DNA of 64,000 bases from Octopus sinensis (taxonomy: Eukaryota): positions 107,818,001 to 107,882,000 of the forward strand of contig NC_043003.1 in assembly GCF_006345805.1 (NCBI RefSeq), written 5' to 3'. Both the position numbers and the translations under genes were made by a program. How positions within the stretch are numbered: the first letter of the stretch is position 1; each line of letters begins with the position of its first letter. Shown here piece after piece: positions 39,123 to 52,430 of the stretch. The notes under the pieces were generated by a model. That model had not been told where the DNA came from. It saw nothing but the letters and a program-made list of their open reading frames with translations, and searched no databases.

Positions 39123-39589
39123 TATATATACATACATCTTTGTGTGTGCGTGTGTGTGTGTGTGTGTGTATGTGTCTAATATAATAGAGTAAAAGCCAAG
39201 CTGTGTCCTCTTGAATTGCATCTGCTTATTCCAGTATTACAATCCAGTATGCATTTGCAGTCGTTGTGGTAGAGATGTGAGCTACAGATTGGAGCTGAAA
39301 ATTCGGGAAACATCGCTTGCTGAGCTATTTTTTTTTTCAGCAAAACAGGAAGTTGGAAAATTTTTTGTATCAAATAATATTATTTGATTATCAATCTAAT
39401 GAATTTCTTATACGAAACTTCTGATATATATTTCCAACGTGGACACCTTTGTAATTCCTATTAGAAAATGAAACATATGTAATTGTGAATAGATAATACC
39501 AATACATACATACATACATACATACATACATACATACATACATACATACATACATACATACATGTACACACACACACGTATATACGTAT

Positions 39590-39975
39590 ATATACTCTTT
39601 TACTCTTTTACTTGTTTCAGGCATTTGACTGTGGTCATACTGGAGCACTGCCTTTAGTCGAGCAAATCGACTCCAGGACTTATTCTTTGTAAGCCTAGTA
39701 CTTATTCTATCACTCTCTTTTGCCGAACCGCTAAGATAGGGGTACGCAAACGAACCAGCATCGGTTATCAAGCAATGTTGGGGGGACAAATGCATACACA
39801 CATATTCACACACATACATATATATATATACATATATGCAGCGGGCTTCTTTCAGTTTCCGCCTACCAAATCCACTCACAAAGCTTTGGTCGGCCCGAGG
39901 CTATAGTAGAAGACACTTATCTGAACCCGGAACCACGTGGTTCGTAAGCAAGCTACTTACCACACAGCCACTCCT
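39590..39975 (-). mobile_element. Family-B SINE
   Basis: Reverse complement of the head, body and tail of 35268-35680. Confidence 0.85.
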
Positions 39976-40412
39976 ACACCTATATATACACACATACACA
40001 TACATATATACATATATTTGCATACACATGCATACACATTCATACACATAAACACACACATACACATGTATATAAGTTGTATAGTTTATTTAGAGAAGGC
40101 AAGAGAAAACTATTACTGTACATTTTCACCCGCAAATCTTGTAGCTGTTTCTTGCATACTACTCCCCCTGTATTAGCGTCGATATGTCTTCAACATACGC
40201 CTTACCATCTTGTAAATGTTGAAGAAATACAATGGTATGTTTCTATTGAGTGAATGTTTTTCTTTTCGTTTTGTGGTGTTCTAAGGTTTTTTTCAGACAT
40301 CAAATAAAAATTATATTGACAGAAGAATAAACTAAGAAAAATAAGAGGAAGACGGCAGTAGGAAACAATGGAAGAAAAGGAAGAAAAAATTTCAGACAGA
40401 AGTCAAGAAAAG

Positions 40413-40533
<121 letters not shown>

Positions 40534-40836
40534 AGAAGTAAAAATTGTAACGGAAGTCTAGAGGGAAAAAGAAGTAAGGAACAAAAACGTGTACAAAAAG
40601 TGAAGGAAAAGTGTAAAATCAAACGGAAATAAAGAGTGAGACAGGCGATGAAAAGCTGATGAAAACAAACTAAAGTTAAAAGCAAAAGTAAACAATGGAA
40701 AGGAAGTAACAGCAGGAATAGAAGTGGAGAAGAAATAATTCTAATAATACAAGTACTAATAAGTTGAACAAAGTGACAAAGAACTAGATGTGAAAATTCG
40801 AGTTGAAAATGTCTAAAGAACTTGTGTAAGAGAGAT

Positions 40837-40906
<70 letters not shown>

Positions 40907-41539
40907 GTGAAACAACATTACAAAATTTTATGCACTTTTACTATGTTTTAATGTATAGACAAGACTTTGTGGTTGAAAATCTTGCTTTGAAGCCATGAGG
41001 AAGTGAGATCGATCTTGCTAAGGGATATGCAATGTCTCCGTGTAAATGTCTCCGTTTGAGACAAGCTTTATGAGAGAATTTAGTAAGATCAGAGGTTTGT
41101 AATGTGGTCAGATTAATCATTGGGGGTGTGTGTGGATATCCAAGGGGTCGATAATCACATAACACGATTTTGAGCATCAACAGCGCTGATTTATTAACGG
41201 AGGGAATCTAGAACTCAGTGTTCTAATTTCAACCCCAGTAATCTAAGGTTGAAATTCACCAATTTCCAACCAAATATCGACGGAATAATTAGTATTCAAC
41301 AAACACATTTCATATTAAATATTCCGACTATATCAATATAATTAATATAACTGAATTTTTATTGTTCTTTATCAATTTTGTTAACTATTTTCATCAAATC
41401 AATTAACATATTTTGTATTAAAAGCGGCAATGACACAAAAGAACGAACGAAATATTGCTTTAAAAAATCGAGAAATTTTTTAATGAATTATAATGTTTAA
41501 TTGTATTTTAGATATTTTCATCATGGAGGAAGAGAGAGG

Positions 41540-42090
41540 CTCAAATAGGTTGAATTGTACCAGTATCTTAGAGTCCAAATCTCTGATGAAGCCACATGCA
41601 AGAAAGAAATTAGGGAACTGTTAGCCATGGCAAGAACGTCTATTGAAAAGCTTAATAACATCTGGATCGGCAAAAGAGTGCCGATCCAAGGCTAGAACGA
41701 ACGCTCACTTGGCCAATAGAGCTTTATGGTTGTGAAGCATGGACTCAGAACAAATTTGAAGAGAATATACGAAATGCATTTGAAAAGTGGGTTTAAAGGA
41801 AAGTGTGAAGAGCCTCTTACAAGGGCAATAGAACAAAAGAATGGGTGTTACAGGAAGGTTCAAAGACAACAACTACCTGAACATTGTGAAAACAACAAAA
41901 GTTCATTTATTCCGGCCATATTTCGAGAAGTAGAAGTCTAGAAAACATTATCACGGAAGGAAGAGTAGAGAGCTGTAGATCAAAAGGTAGACAAAGAACG
42001 CAAGGAATGGCCATAATCCCAAACCGACTGAAGAGGGCTTGTAGCAAGGCAGCTAGATGTCGCGTGCTTAATCGGGAATACATTCGCTGA
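41540..42090 (+). mobile_element. RTE-clade LINE 3' fragment (RT thumb/C-terminus)
   Basis: Pieces YQYL..QISDEATCKKEIR..LAMAR, LTWPIELYGCEAWT, NAFEKW, SRSLENIITEGRVESCRSKGRQRT. Frameshifted. Confidence 0.75.
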
Positions 42091-42107
42091 AGTGTGATCA
42101 ATGCACG

Positions 42108-42172
<65 letters not shown>

Positions 42173-42884
42173 GTGCATGTATAGCAGTGTGGCTAATCAG
42201 CTCACCTAGCAACCACATGGTTTTGGGTTCAATCACCAAAGCGTGGAAGTTTGGGCTCGCTCGTGCGTCATATTTGCGAGACAGTAATTCTAGCGTGTCC
42301 GTGTATGCGCGCATGCGTTTATCTGTGTGTGTACAAGTGTTTGCATGTGTCCGTCAGTCACTCAACATGTGCATCTACGTCAACACTTTGTTTGTGTCCG
42401 ATCACTCTGAGGTTCGACCTGAGTCAATAGCTTCGACTCAATCCTTCAAGTTGATACCCCAGCTTAGTTGTAGACCAATGAGTAAAACAAAGAGAATAAT
42501 ATATATGATGGGATTCAGTACAGTTTCTGTCTAGGAAAATCATTGACTAAAAATATCTATGAAATTTGAGGCTATGGTCGAAGACCCCCAAGATGCAGCA
42601 CAGTACAGAGAAATCGAACCAGGAACCACTTGGTTGCGAAGCGGTTTTCTTAACGTATAATAGATAGCATTCCAGCCGTGATCTTCCCGTCTTTTTGAAA
42701 TAATGATTTCATGATTATATTATAGAAAGTGCCTTGTTACTGTTCTTTTTTCTCTCTCGCTAATTTCTTTTTTAAAGGGAAAACTGACTGTTCTTTCTTG
42801 CATATCGAACGATCAAATAAAGCGTCCCTTGGTCGCTCAAACAAGTCAAAATTCTGTTAGTAGTGATGATGATGTTGATGATGT

Positions 42885-42936
<52 letters not shown>

Positions 42937-43315
42937 GGAGATGGTGATGATGATGATGGTGCCAGAAGAAGGAGAAGCAAAAAATAACAAAGTAAGCTCG
43001 TGCAATCAATATCATATTGAAACGTTACAGAAATGTAAATAAACAAGGTTTATGAAAGAAAAGCAAAATTCTCATTATCTTGATCGAAAATTAAATGGTA
43101 TAAGATATACGTACACACACACACACACACGCACACAAACACACACACACATACAGAGACACATGCACACACATACACACACACGTACACACACACACAT
43201 ACACACACACACAAACACACACACATACACACACACAGAGACACATGCACACACATACACACACACGTACATACACATGCACACACAGATATATGTATGT
43301 GTATATATATGTATG

Positions 43316-43351
<36 letters not shown>

Positions 43352-44019
43352 TGTATGAATATGTATGTATGTATATGGATGCATATATAAATAAATATAT
43401 ATAAATATATATATATAAACGTAAGCATACATAGAGATACATACTGACATATAAGTGTACGTATAATGCATGCATACATACATACAAACACACACGCAAA
43501 TATATATATATATATACATATACACACAAGTACACACACACACACATATATATATATACACTTATACATATACATTCATACATACACACACACACATACA
43601 TATATACATATATATGTTTATTTTTTCAGCATTTATGTTGTAAATTGTTTTATGAAATAGCTAGGAAATATATCGATATGTCATCCAAGAGACGGTGTAG
43701 TGCTCTTCAAGAGTGGCATGCGCAGTGTTGTGTAGCGTATATACTGGCCACATAAAGCGTGTAATGCAATTTCATTTTATTAGTTTGTCAGAAGATACAG
43801 CCGAATGGCAAAGTTTAAGAAGCTTAATTCTCAACCACGACGGATCGGTTCGATCCCACCGTGTAGCGTATTTTCCATTGCTTCTTGTCGACCCATGACT
43901 TGAGAGGGAAATTGGATAAATACAGAAGAAACTGTACAGAAGCTCGTCGCCTGGATTTTATCTTTAATTGAAAGGATACAATCTCGCCATGCACTGTCAC
44001 ACAGTTTCTTATTTCTTTA

Positions 44020-44375
44020 CTACCCACAAGGGGCTACACAGAGAGGGGACAATCAAGGACAGACAAACGGATTAAGTCGATTATATCGACCCCAGTACGT
44101 AACTGGTACTTAATTTATCGACCCCGAAAGGATGAAAGGCAAAGTCTACCTCGGCGGAATTTGAACTCAGAACGTAGCGGCAGACAAAATACCTATTTCT
44201 TTACTACCCACAAGGGGCTACACACAGAGAGGACAAACAAGGACAGACAAACGAATTAAGTCGATTATATCGACCCCAGTGCGTAACTGGTACTTAATTT
44301 ATCGACTTCGGCAGAAGAGATACGGCTACGCATTTCGCCCGGCGTGCTAACGTTTCTGCCAGCTCGCCGCCTTCT
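44020..44375 (-). mobile_element. Family-A SINE with internal duplication
   Basis: gaaaggcaaagtctacctcggcggaatttgaactcagaacg and a repeated ctacccacaaggggctacacagagag block. Same layout as 430-790. Confidence 0.85.
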
Positions 44376-44779
44376 CACACATTGTATCAAGCTGATCCTG
44401 ACTGAGAATTACGTTAAGAGTCCATGCGTTCATTGGCGCTCAGCCGCCAATACATTATTCAAGAGCAAATAATTGACCTAGCAACTTAATCCTCATTACC
44501 GTACGAAGGAGATCCAGTTAGAATAGAGTCCTTCAATCATTTTCCTTTTTAACCATGAACCCCTTTGATTCATATTTTACTCGGATGGACCCTCCTAGCC
44601 ATTTGATGTTTAAAAGCTCCTATTATATTTTTATAATTAAATATTGTTAAGAATTGTATAAAAATAATTTTTAACATATTTTGTTTATTGTAGAAGCATA
44701 ACCAATCTATTGCCGATAAATTTTAGCAATAAGATCTTATATGGACCTTCAAGGATCATATGGGCCCCAGTTGAGAGCC

Positions 44780-45170
44780 ACTGAGTTGGAAGATGATGGA
44801 AGAAAAGAAAGAGGTAGGGAAGAAATAGGGAAGGCAAACGGAAAGATAAAAGGAAGATACAAGGCAGATGTGTATGGGATCGTTACGTGCAGCCGATTAT
44901 CAGCTTGAACATGTTTTCTGTCGTATTCAAGAAAAAACGCTTTTGCTGTCGTTTTACCCTCGGTCAACCGTGGCTGAGCAGACCATGGTCAAACCTGTGG
45001 TAGTAGAGACCTCCAGCGTTCTCGGTTCCCGGACGATATCCTTGCTCACAGCTATCGGCACAGAGATGGATATCCGCAAGTGCGAGTCCTGTGAGCCAGA
45101 GTGACTGTTCCAGCGCATCTTCCTTGCCGCCATTCTGGGCAACGGCCTTTCCATTTTTGTCTGCAGAGAC
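44780..45170 (-). mobile_element. Possible second, more decayed CRE-like 3' fragment
   Basis: ISVPIAVSK...EPRTLE resembles the CRE F.PIAVET.G..GP.TL motif. Followed by a pyrimidine-rich tail like 9560-9690. Weak. Confidence 0.35.
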
Positions 45171-45466
45171 CATAAGGTGGTCTGAATTGCAGGAAATTAT
45201 AAGAAGGCGTTATGGTTAGAACTGGCACAAAAAATTTTTTTTATGGTTATAACGCAGGAAGTCCTTCAAATTAATATCTGAGAGGTAACAGTAATATAAT
45301 AAGCAATAATACTATTTCTGTCATAAAACCAAATAAAAATGCATTTTGCTTAAGAATTTATAATCAAGATCATTCCAGCCATAACCATCACGTTATTTTT
45401 CATATGTGCAGGGGAGCCAAGGTTATATTATAGAACGAAACCTTTTTGTAAGGAAATAGCGTGATG

Positions 45467-45778
45467 TACGAGGGTTGTATGAAAAGTTTTGAGCCTAACC
45501 TAGAAACAGGGCTGCTAGGTAGCATAAAACTTTTTTTTCCTGATAAGTAGTCTTTTCAGAGTATTCTTGCTCATTTTCATGATTCTGATATTTTAAATTT
45601 TCTTTTTTACAGATTTTTGAATAAAAAAGTGTCGAGGTTACAAGGAAAATGGAGAAAACTGAGTACCGTGCTGTCATAGAGTACCTTCATTTGAAAGGCA
45701 TGATTCTATCAGAAATCCATGAGGATATGGTGAGAACCTTAACAGACAACGCTCCTTCATATGCAACAGTAAAGGTCA
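45467..45778 (+). mobile_element. mariner 5' end (TIR plus start of transposase)
   Basis: TACGAGGGTTGTATGAAAAGTTTTGAGCCT. ATG at 45649 gives MEKTEYRAVIEYLHLKGMILSEIHEDMVRTLTDNAPSYATVK. Confidence 0.85.
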
Positions 45779-45990
45779 TATAGCTGCTATTTCTATTAGG
45801 TTCTGTAACCACGTAGAGGGAAGAGAGAGAGAGAGAGAGAGATAGCGGAGAGGAGAGAAGAAAACAAGAACAAGAAGTAGAAAAGAAGAAAAAGAAGAAA
45901 AGAAGAAAAGACGAGGAGGAAGAAAAGATAAGTACTAGTGTACTACTACTACTACTACTGCTGCTGCTGCTACCGCTACTACTACTACTA

Positions 45991-46026
<36 letters not shown>

Positions 46027-46076
46027 TTCGGAAGAAGAGAAGTTGGTTACAAAAACATGCGCAACCTCCAATTCCG

Positions 46077-46180
46077 TTTAGTGCCTATTATAATATATGG
46101 TCATGAAAGTTAGGTAATAACTAAAAGAGTGCGATAGCAAATACAAACAGTCGAAATGGGATTCCTCTGAAGAACCTTTG
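46077..46180 (+). pseudogene. Short RTE-clade RT fragment
   Basis: LVPIIIYGHES*VITKRVR*QIQTVEMGFL*R matches the RTE motif P.L.YG.ESW.......Q..EM.FLRR. Confidence 0.6.
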
Positions 46181-47846
46181 TAGTAAGGTTACCTGACAGG
46201 GTACGGAGCTCGGATATTAGAAAGTTTTTCCCTGCCAAGCCGCTGCTTCTCCGCATCGTGAGGTCAAACACTGTTTCTACGGAGTTCTAATATATTTTCA
46301 TTTTAAAATCATGTTTGAATGCCATTTATTGCCGTCTTTTATTTGAACTCTTTCGTTAATAACGAGTTGGGCTTTTTTCTTTATCTTTCACAGAAGTAGT
46401 GCTTTGTCCCCACCCCGATCATCTGGCACATTTTGGAGTTAGATATCATTGTTAGTTTACGTACCAACAACATTTCAAGTGCAGTCGGCTATCACTAATC
46501 CGGAAATCGGAAATCCGATTCTACTATGAATTCTAATATAGTTTCCAATTTAGCTGGCAAGAATTGTTTGAGGATTTAGCTTTTGGTGCGAACTCCTAAA
46601 CACCGACATCTCATTCTAAATCGTTTTTCTGCATTTATCTTTATCATCTGCTCATATTCCGATGGGGTTGATTTTTCCTTTCATCCTTTCGGGGTCGATA
46701 AATTAAGTACCAGTGAAACACTGGGGTTGATGTGTTCGACTAGTTCCCTCCCACCCAAGTCTCAGGCCTTGTGCCTTTAGTAGAGAAGATTATTATAATC
46801 TGCTCAGATTTAATCTTAGCCAGAGTTCTTAGACCTAAACGAAGAGTGTTTAGTGATTTGAAGCTCAAACACTGTTTATAGCCCGTAACGGATAAAAGTG
46901 GAACTTCTTGAAGAAACCACATCGGTGGTTTATCTGAGATGCTCGCCTGAATTACACAACATTAGCTTTTCCGCAGTGTATGACATAATGAAAACCAAAA
47001 TTATATTTATAGGGTATTTTAAAGATGAGATAGGGTGGTTTAGTTGTATAAACCAGTTGGGCAAACCAACTAATCTAGCATTCCGCAGTTCTCGATTGTT
47101 GTTATGTTACTATAAGCAATATTAGTATTATGCCTCAGTGGCAAATAAAAGATTATTACTATGATTACTGGTTGATGTTGTTGTTGTTGTTGTTCTTACT
47201 ATTAGTATTGGTAGTAATAGTAGTAGTAGTGGTGTCGATGATGGTGGTGTGGTGGTGGCGGTGGTGGTGGCGGTGGTGGTGGCGGTGTTGGTGATGGTGG
47301 TGTTGTGGTGCTAGTAGTAGTAGTCACTGTTGCTGTTGCTGTTGCAACTGCTATTTCCTTTATTCCGTTCTTCGTATTAGGAAAAGTTGTCATATAATAT
47401 TCTTCTGGTGTTCTTGTACTGGTTCCAGCCTTTCAATAGCTTCCATGAAAGAGCACTTCCGTTAGACACCGGAAGCAATTAGCTTTGCTGCTACTGCCGT
47501 TGTTGTTGCTGTTGTTCGTGTTGTTTTTGCTGCATTTTTAAAGTTTTTAGAGTACAGAGTACAATAAGATGTCCCTTTTGGGAAGGAAGTAGTTTTTAAT
47601 GACTATTGTTTATGAACGTGAATGCATTCATAATACTTTTAATGTTGCAGTTCTTGTCATTGTTTGCGCAGTTGCTTCTGTCACGTTGTTTTAAGAAGCG
47701 ACAACGAAACAATGGCATCGGTTCTTTTAATGGAACCGTTCGGCAAAAAGAATATACATTTTATCACTCCAAAGACACTCGCTTCTCCAAAGCTCTAAAG
47801 CCATTCCATTATATATACATGCACACATACATACATACATACTACA

Positions 47847-47879
<33 letters not shown>

Positions 47880-47896
47880 GTATATGTATATATATA

Positions 47897-48040
<144 letters not shown>

Positions 48041-48364
48041 CCGTACGTATGCGATTATGTGGGTACACGTGTAAAAGTATTTGAATATGAATGTGTCTAT
48101 GCGTACAACTTCCTGTGCTTATCTTTTTGGCGTTTCTGCATCGTTTGCTGAATGATTTTTTTTCTATCTTTCCAACAATACATTAGTTTGCTCGTGCTTG
48201 CTTGAACGGAAAAATAAGTAGACCAACGAGACACGTAACAGATTGAAAAGTTGAAAAGTTGTGCGTTGTAAGAATTGTGCTCTGTTCATGCGACTGCACA
48301 CACATATAAATACGTACATACATACACACTCACACACATAGATACACACACACACACACACACA

Positions 48365-48396
<32 letters not shown>

Positions 48397-48563
48397 GTAT
48401 ACATAGAGATATATGTATATGTGTGAGTGTGTCTTTTTTTTATTAAAATGCATGAATCTGTAAATAAACATGCGCATATACACGCGCTCATACACATGTA
48501 TGCATGTATATATATTTTATATGTGTGTGTTTGTGTATCTGCGTACGTGTGTGTATACATACA

Positions 48564-48640
<77 letters not shown>

Positions 48641-49429
48641 GGATATAGACGTGTCTGTTTGTGTGTGTCTGTGTGTTTTTGTGCATTATTAGGTAGCTGT
48701 CTATAAGTTAAAGAAAAAGACACTCAGTGGTTATATTTGTACATATAGTCGACCAGTATATTACTGGTTATCTGGTAATGACATACAACCGGAGAAAGCG
48801 TTACCCTCTGTTTCGCGCCGAATATTGCACTTAAACAAATGTCAACGCGAAACCCACGGTAACATTCTAACCAGCTATATGCCATACTAACAATACATAC
48901 AAATACATCCGTTGTAGCCGTGTATTTATATCACTTGTATATGTTTGAAAATGCGTAGATTTGCAAGCATATGCTATACGGTTAACGACTACATCTCCAG
49001 CTGCTGACTCCTTACCAAGTTTCAAGTATTTTCTCAAAGGCAATCGAATCAGCAGATATATTTACATTTCTAGGCACATACAACTCTCCGCAAAAACACA
49101 TGCATATAGCTCGCTCTTCATGTCTAACTCATTACACGGAAATACTCCAACACCCACACACCGCTGCTTTCCTCCTTAACTCTTTCCCATTCATAGAACA
49201 ACATTCTCACCTGTATACATGCGCGCGCAGACACATTCGCACATTATTCAACAACATGAACAATATTGACAGTGATTTCGAAGTGTCTCCAATCTAAGCT
49301 ATTGTCGGACTGTACGGTGATGACTTTGCTAATTGAAACTTCGAAGTCACTTCCAATACTATACTTGTTAACGAATGATAATTTGTATTCTAACAAACGT
49401 ATCGATAAACGTTCAGTTTAATGTAAAAT

Positions 49430-49625
49430 TACAATCGCAACGTGGAAGGTGTTTTTAAGCCATTTAAGAAACACACAAAACCCTTAGATTCACTTCAACA
49501 TTTAAATTTAATTTGTCAAAAATATTTTCGTCACTTTGAGACCGCGACCTGTTCACTGACAAAACTTCGTGCTGCATCGTGATGTTTAAATGGCTTATAA
49601 ACACCTTCCACGCTGCAATTGTTTT
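49430..49625. repeat. Inverted repeat with about 40-bp arms from a dispersed repeat also present at about 2170-2310
   Basis: caa(t)cgcaacgtggaaggtgtttttaagccattta versus taaatggcttataaacaccttccacgctgcaattg. Confidence 0.6.
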
Positions 49626-50126
49626 CGTTCCAGCACACGATCTCAGATCAAGTCACACGCTATACAGGTACATCTCCGTAATGTAAAATTGTTTTTATTA
49701 TAACCATGGCACATCGTCGGTTACGACTAAGAGTGATCAACAACAGTTTGCTCGTGAAATTAACGTGCAAGTAGTTGAGCTCTCCACAGATACACGTACC
49801 CTTAATGCAGTTCCCAGGGAGATTCGGCGTAACACAGAATGTGACAAGACTGGCCCTCTGAAATACATGTACAATTCATTTTTGCCAGATGAGCGGACGG
49901 AAGCAACGTGAAATAAAGTGTCTTGCTCAAGGACACGACACGTCTCTGGGGGATCGAACTCACGACCTTATGATTGCGAATAGGATACTCCAACCGCTAA
50001 GTACGAGGGAATGAATAAAACAGAGAAGCACTCAACACATTTGATAGGAATTACAATATCTTAATACCAGTTTGACACAGCTCCATAACGTATGACTTCT
50101 TGTGTGTGTAGATATCTGATAAGATA

Positions 50127-51005
50127 TCAGGCTGAGTAAAAAGTAGTTTTGAAACATGAAATTAATTTCACTCATCAATGTAAGTACCAATACAATCAAC
50201 ACATTTTTGCCAACGAGTAACAGGTTTGTTTATTCCGGTAACATAAAATTCTGCAGTTCTGGAACTGATGAACTCTTTGAACGCACTTTCAGCATCGGAT
50301 TGATTTTTGAACTCCTTTTCTCGCAAGAAACCATCAAGGTACTTGAAAAAGTGGTGGTGGGTAAGAGAAAAGTCTGGGAAATAAGCTGGGCGGGGAAGAA
50401 CTTCGTAGCCAAGTTCCCTCAACTTCTGGAGCGTCATTACTGAAACGCGTGGTCGGACAGGGTTATGAAGAATGATCGGCTCTCTTAGGTGTTGACCAGT
50501 CTGCGACGGAGAAGTAGCAGATTTCCGTTCATTTTGGCAATTTCATGGCAATATATTTCTGCAGTAATGTTTCTTCTGGGTTTTAAGAAGTTATAGAGGA
50601 TGGGTCCAAGAGTACACCACCAAACAATCACCATAACCTTTTTGAAAAGCTCAGGTTTAGGGAAGGTTTTTTTTGGTGCTTCATTTTGGTTCAACCGTCG
50701 CTGCGAAGAGCGATTTTTATTATTGTACAGAATCCACTTTTCATCGCAAGGGTCACGGACAAGAATCGACGAACAAATTTCAAATCTGCACATTTTTCTG
50801 ATTTTCATTCAAATCGTGTCAAGCGTTTTTGATTTTTCGATCGCATGCAAATGGTTGCAGGCATTTTTCTGGCAAAGTTGAAGTTCTTTTGCCAGTTCTC
50901 GAGTGGTTTTACGTGGATCTTTCTCAACGACGGCCTTCAGTTGACCGTCATTGATGACAGATGGACGTCCACTTCGCTCACTATCTCACCAAATGTTTCG
51001 TTGTG
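50127..51005 (-). mobile_element. mariner transposase 3' two-thirds with right TIR
   Basis: GRPSVINDGQLKAVVEKDPRKTTRELA, DEKWILYNN, KVMVIVWW, LQKLRELGYEVLPRPAYFPD, RWQKCVD. TIR-like TCAGGCTGAGTAAAAAGTA after TA at 50125. Confidence 0.9.
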
Positions 51006-51019
51006 TTTTTTTATTACCT

Positions 51020-52430
51020 ATAAAAGGCGTAAATAGATATTAACGTCGTTTCGGAAGGACGACACAAAACATGTGCGGACATATAACAATTAAAATAAAA
51101 TTATGATAACATAAATGGAAAAAATGAAATGAGATATGAAAAAGCGCCACCTACCCCACCTCAGCAGCATTATTTACTTCCTTTTTATATCCAGTTCATG
51201 TCTATACCCTGTTGTTCCTCTAACTCTCCGTTTTCTATTTCATTTGTATTTCCTTTAAATCACAAACCACTTTTCTATATCTAAAACCATCTTTGTATTC
51301 CATTACCTCCTTCATACGACCTTCCGACACCAATGCGCATGCGACCGTATCTTCTTTTTCACTTCCTTTCATACTTACAGTCCTTACGTCCTTCCACTGT
51401 GGTAACTTCTCTGTCAGTCTCCTATCCACACCTTTACAGAAAACACAAGCATAACACACGGGAGGCGAGCCTTGTGATTTTTGTATGTTTGTATTTCTTT
51501 TTTTCCGTTTTTGTGTCGGTGGGGAATGGGTGGATTTAGTGTCTGCAGTGGGAGAGTGTGGTTGAGAGGGTGTGGTGGGTTCACTTTCATTGTCCTTCTT
51601 CCTCTGTTCTTTCCTTCCAGCTACTCTCCATCCTTCCTCGTCAGTTTCCCCCTTCTCTTCCACCATTTACTTCATCCTTCTCGACCTTCTCCTGTGCATG
51701 CTGGTTTTTATTAGGGCAGTCCACTCCAATGTGGCCCATTTGGCCACAGTTGTAGCAGCGAGGTGTTCTTCCCTCTACTCACACCATCATCACTGTATTA
51801 CCTACTGACACCGTTTCTGTCAGTCTCTCCATATTTTATTCTGAAATTTGTATCAACATATCCAGAACTTTGCCTCGCCAATTCCTTACTTCTGTTTCTG
51901 TGGCTTGGAGCACGGCCACTTCCTTCTCATTTCCAAGAAGTACTGCTGTCACCACCCAAGCCACGTCTATTTCACTGGGGATTCCCTCTACTTTCACTCT
52001 GGAAGTTCTTATTCCGAGGTATGTGGGTAGGAGAATTACCCTTTCCGTCTTCATTGTATTTAGCGAGTGCTCCTTTGCCTTTTCTTTCTCTTTGAAATGC
52101 ACAATAACAGTGCCGTAACTGCTTCCTCTGGCAAGATATGATATCTCTTGCCAGAATGGCCTCAATGCCTTCTCCATTTCCTCCGTAGCCTCATTTTCAA
52201 TTCTTCTCTCCTTGATAGAATACACTTTATAAACAATTCTGCTTTCTTCCATGTTTATAAGTACTTCATTCGGTGGTGACAATTCTGTCGCCGACATCTC
52301 CATTTCAGTCAGGTCGGAATAAAAACAAAATTTCAAACTCCGCCATCTCTCCTCAAAACGCTGAGAGACAACACAATCATAAAACAGCTGCAAAGCAGCA
52401 CAAAACAATACAACACCTTTCAATAAACAA
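51020..52430 (-). mobile_element. LINE ORF1/gag-like element with CCHC zinc knuckle and no ORF2
   Basis: ATG at 52303 (MEMSATEL...). After a frameshift: VEGRTPRCYNCGQMGHIGVDCPN (CX2CX4HX4C at 51716-51757), then a charged low-complexity C-terminus, a short 3' region and AATAAAAAAA near 51010. Confidence 0.75.
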
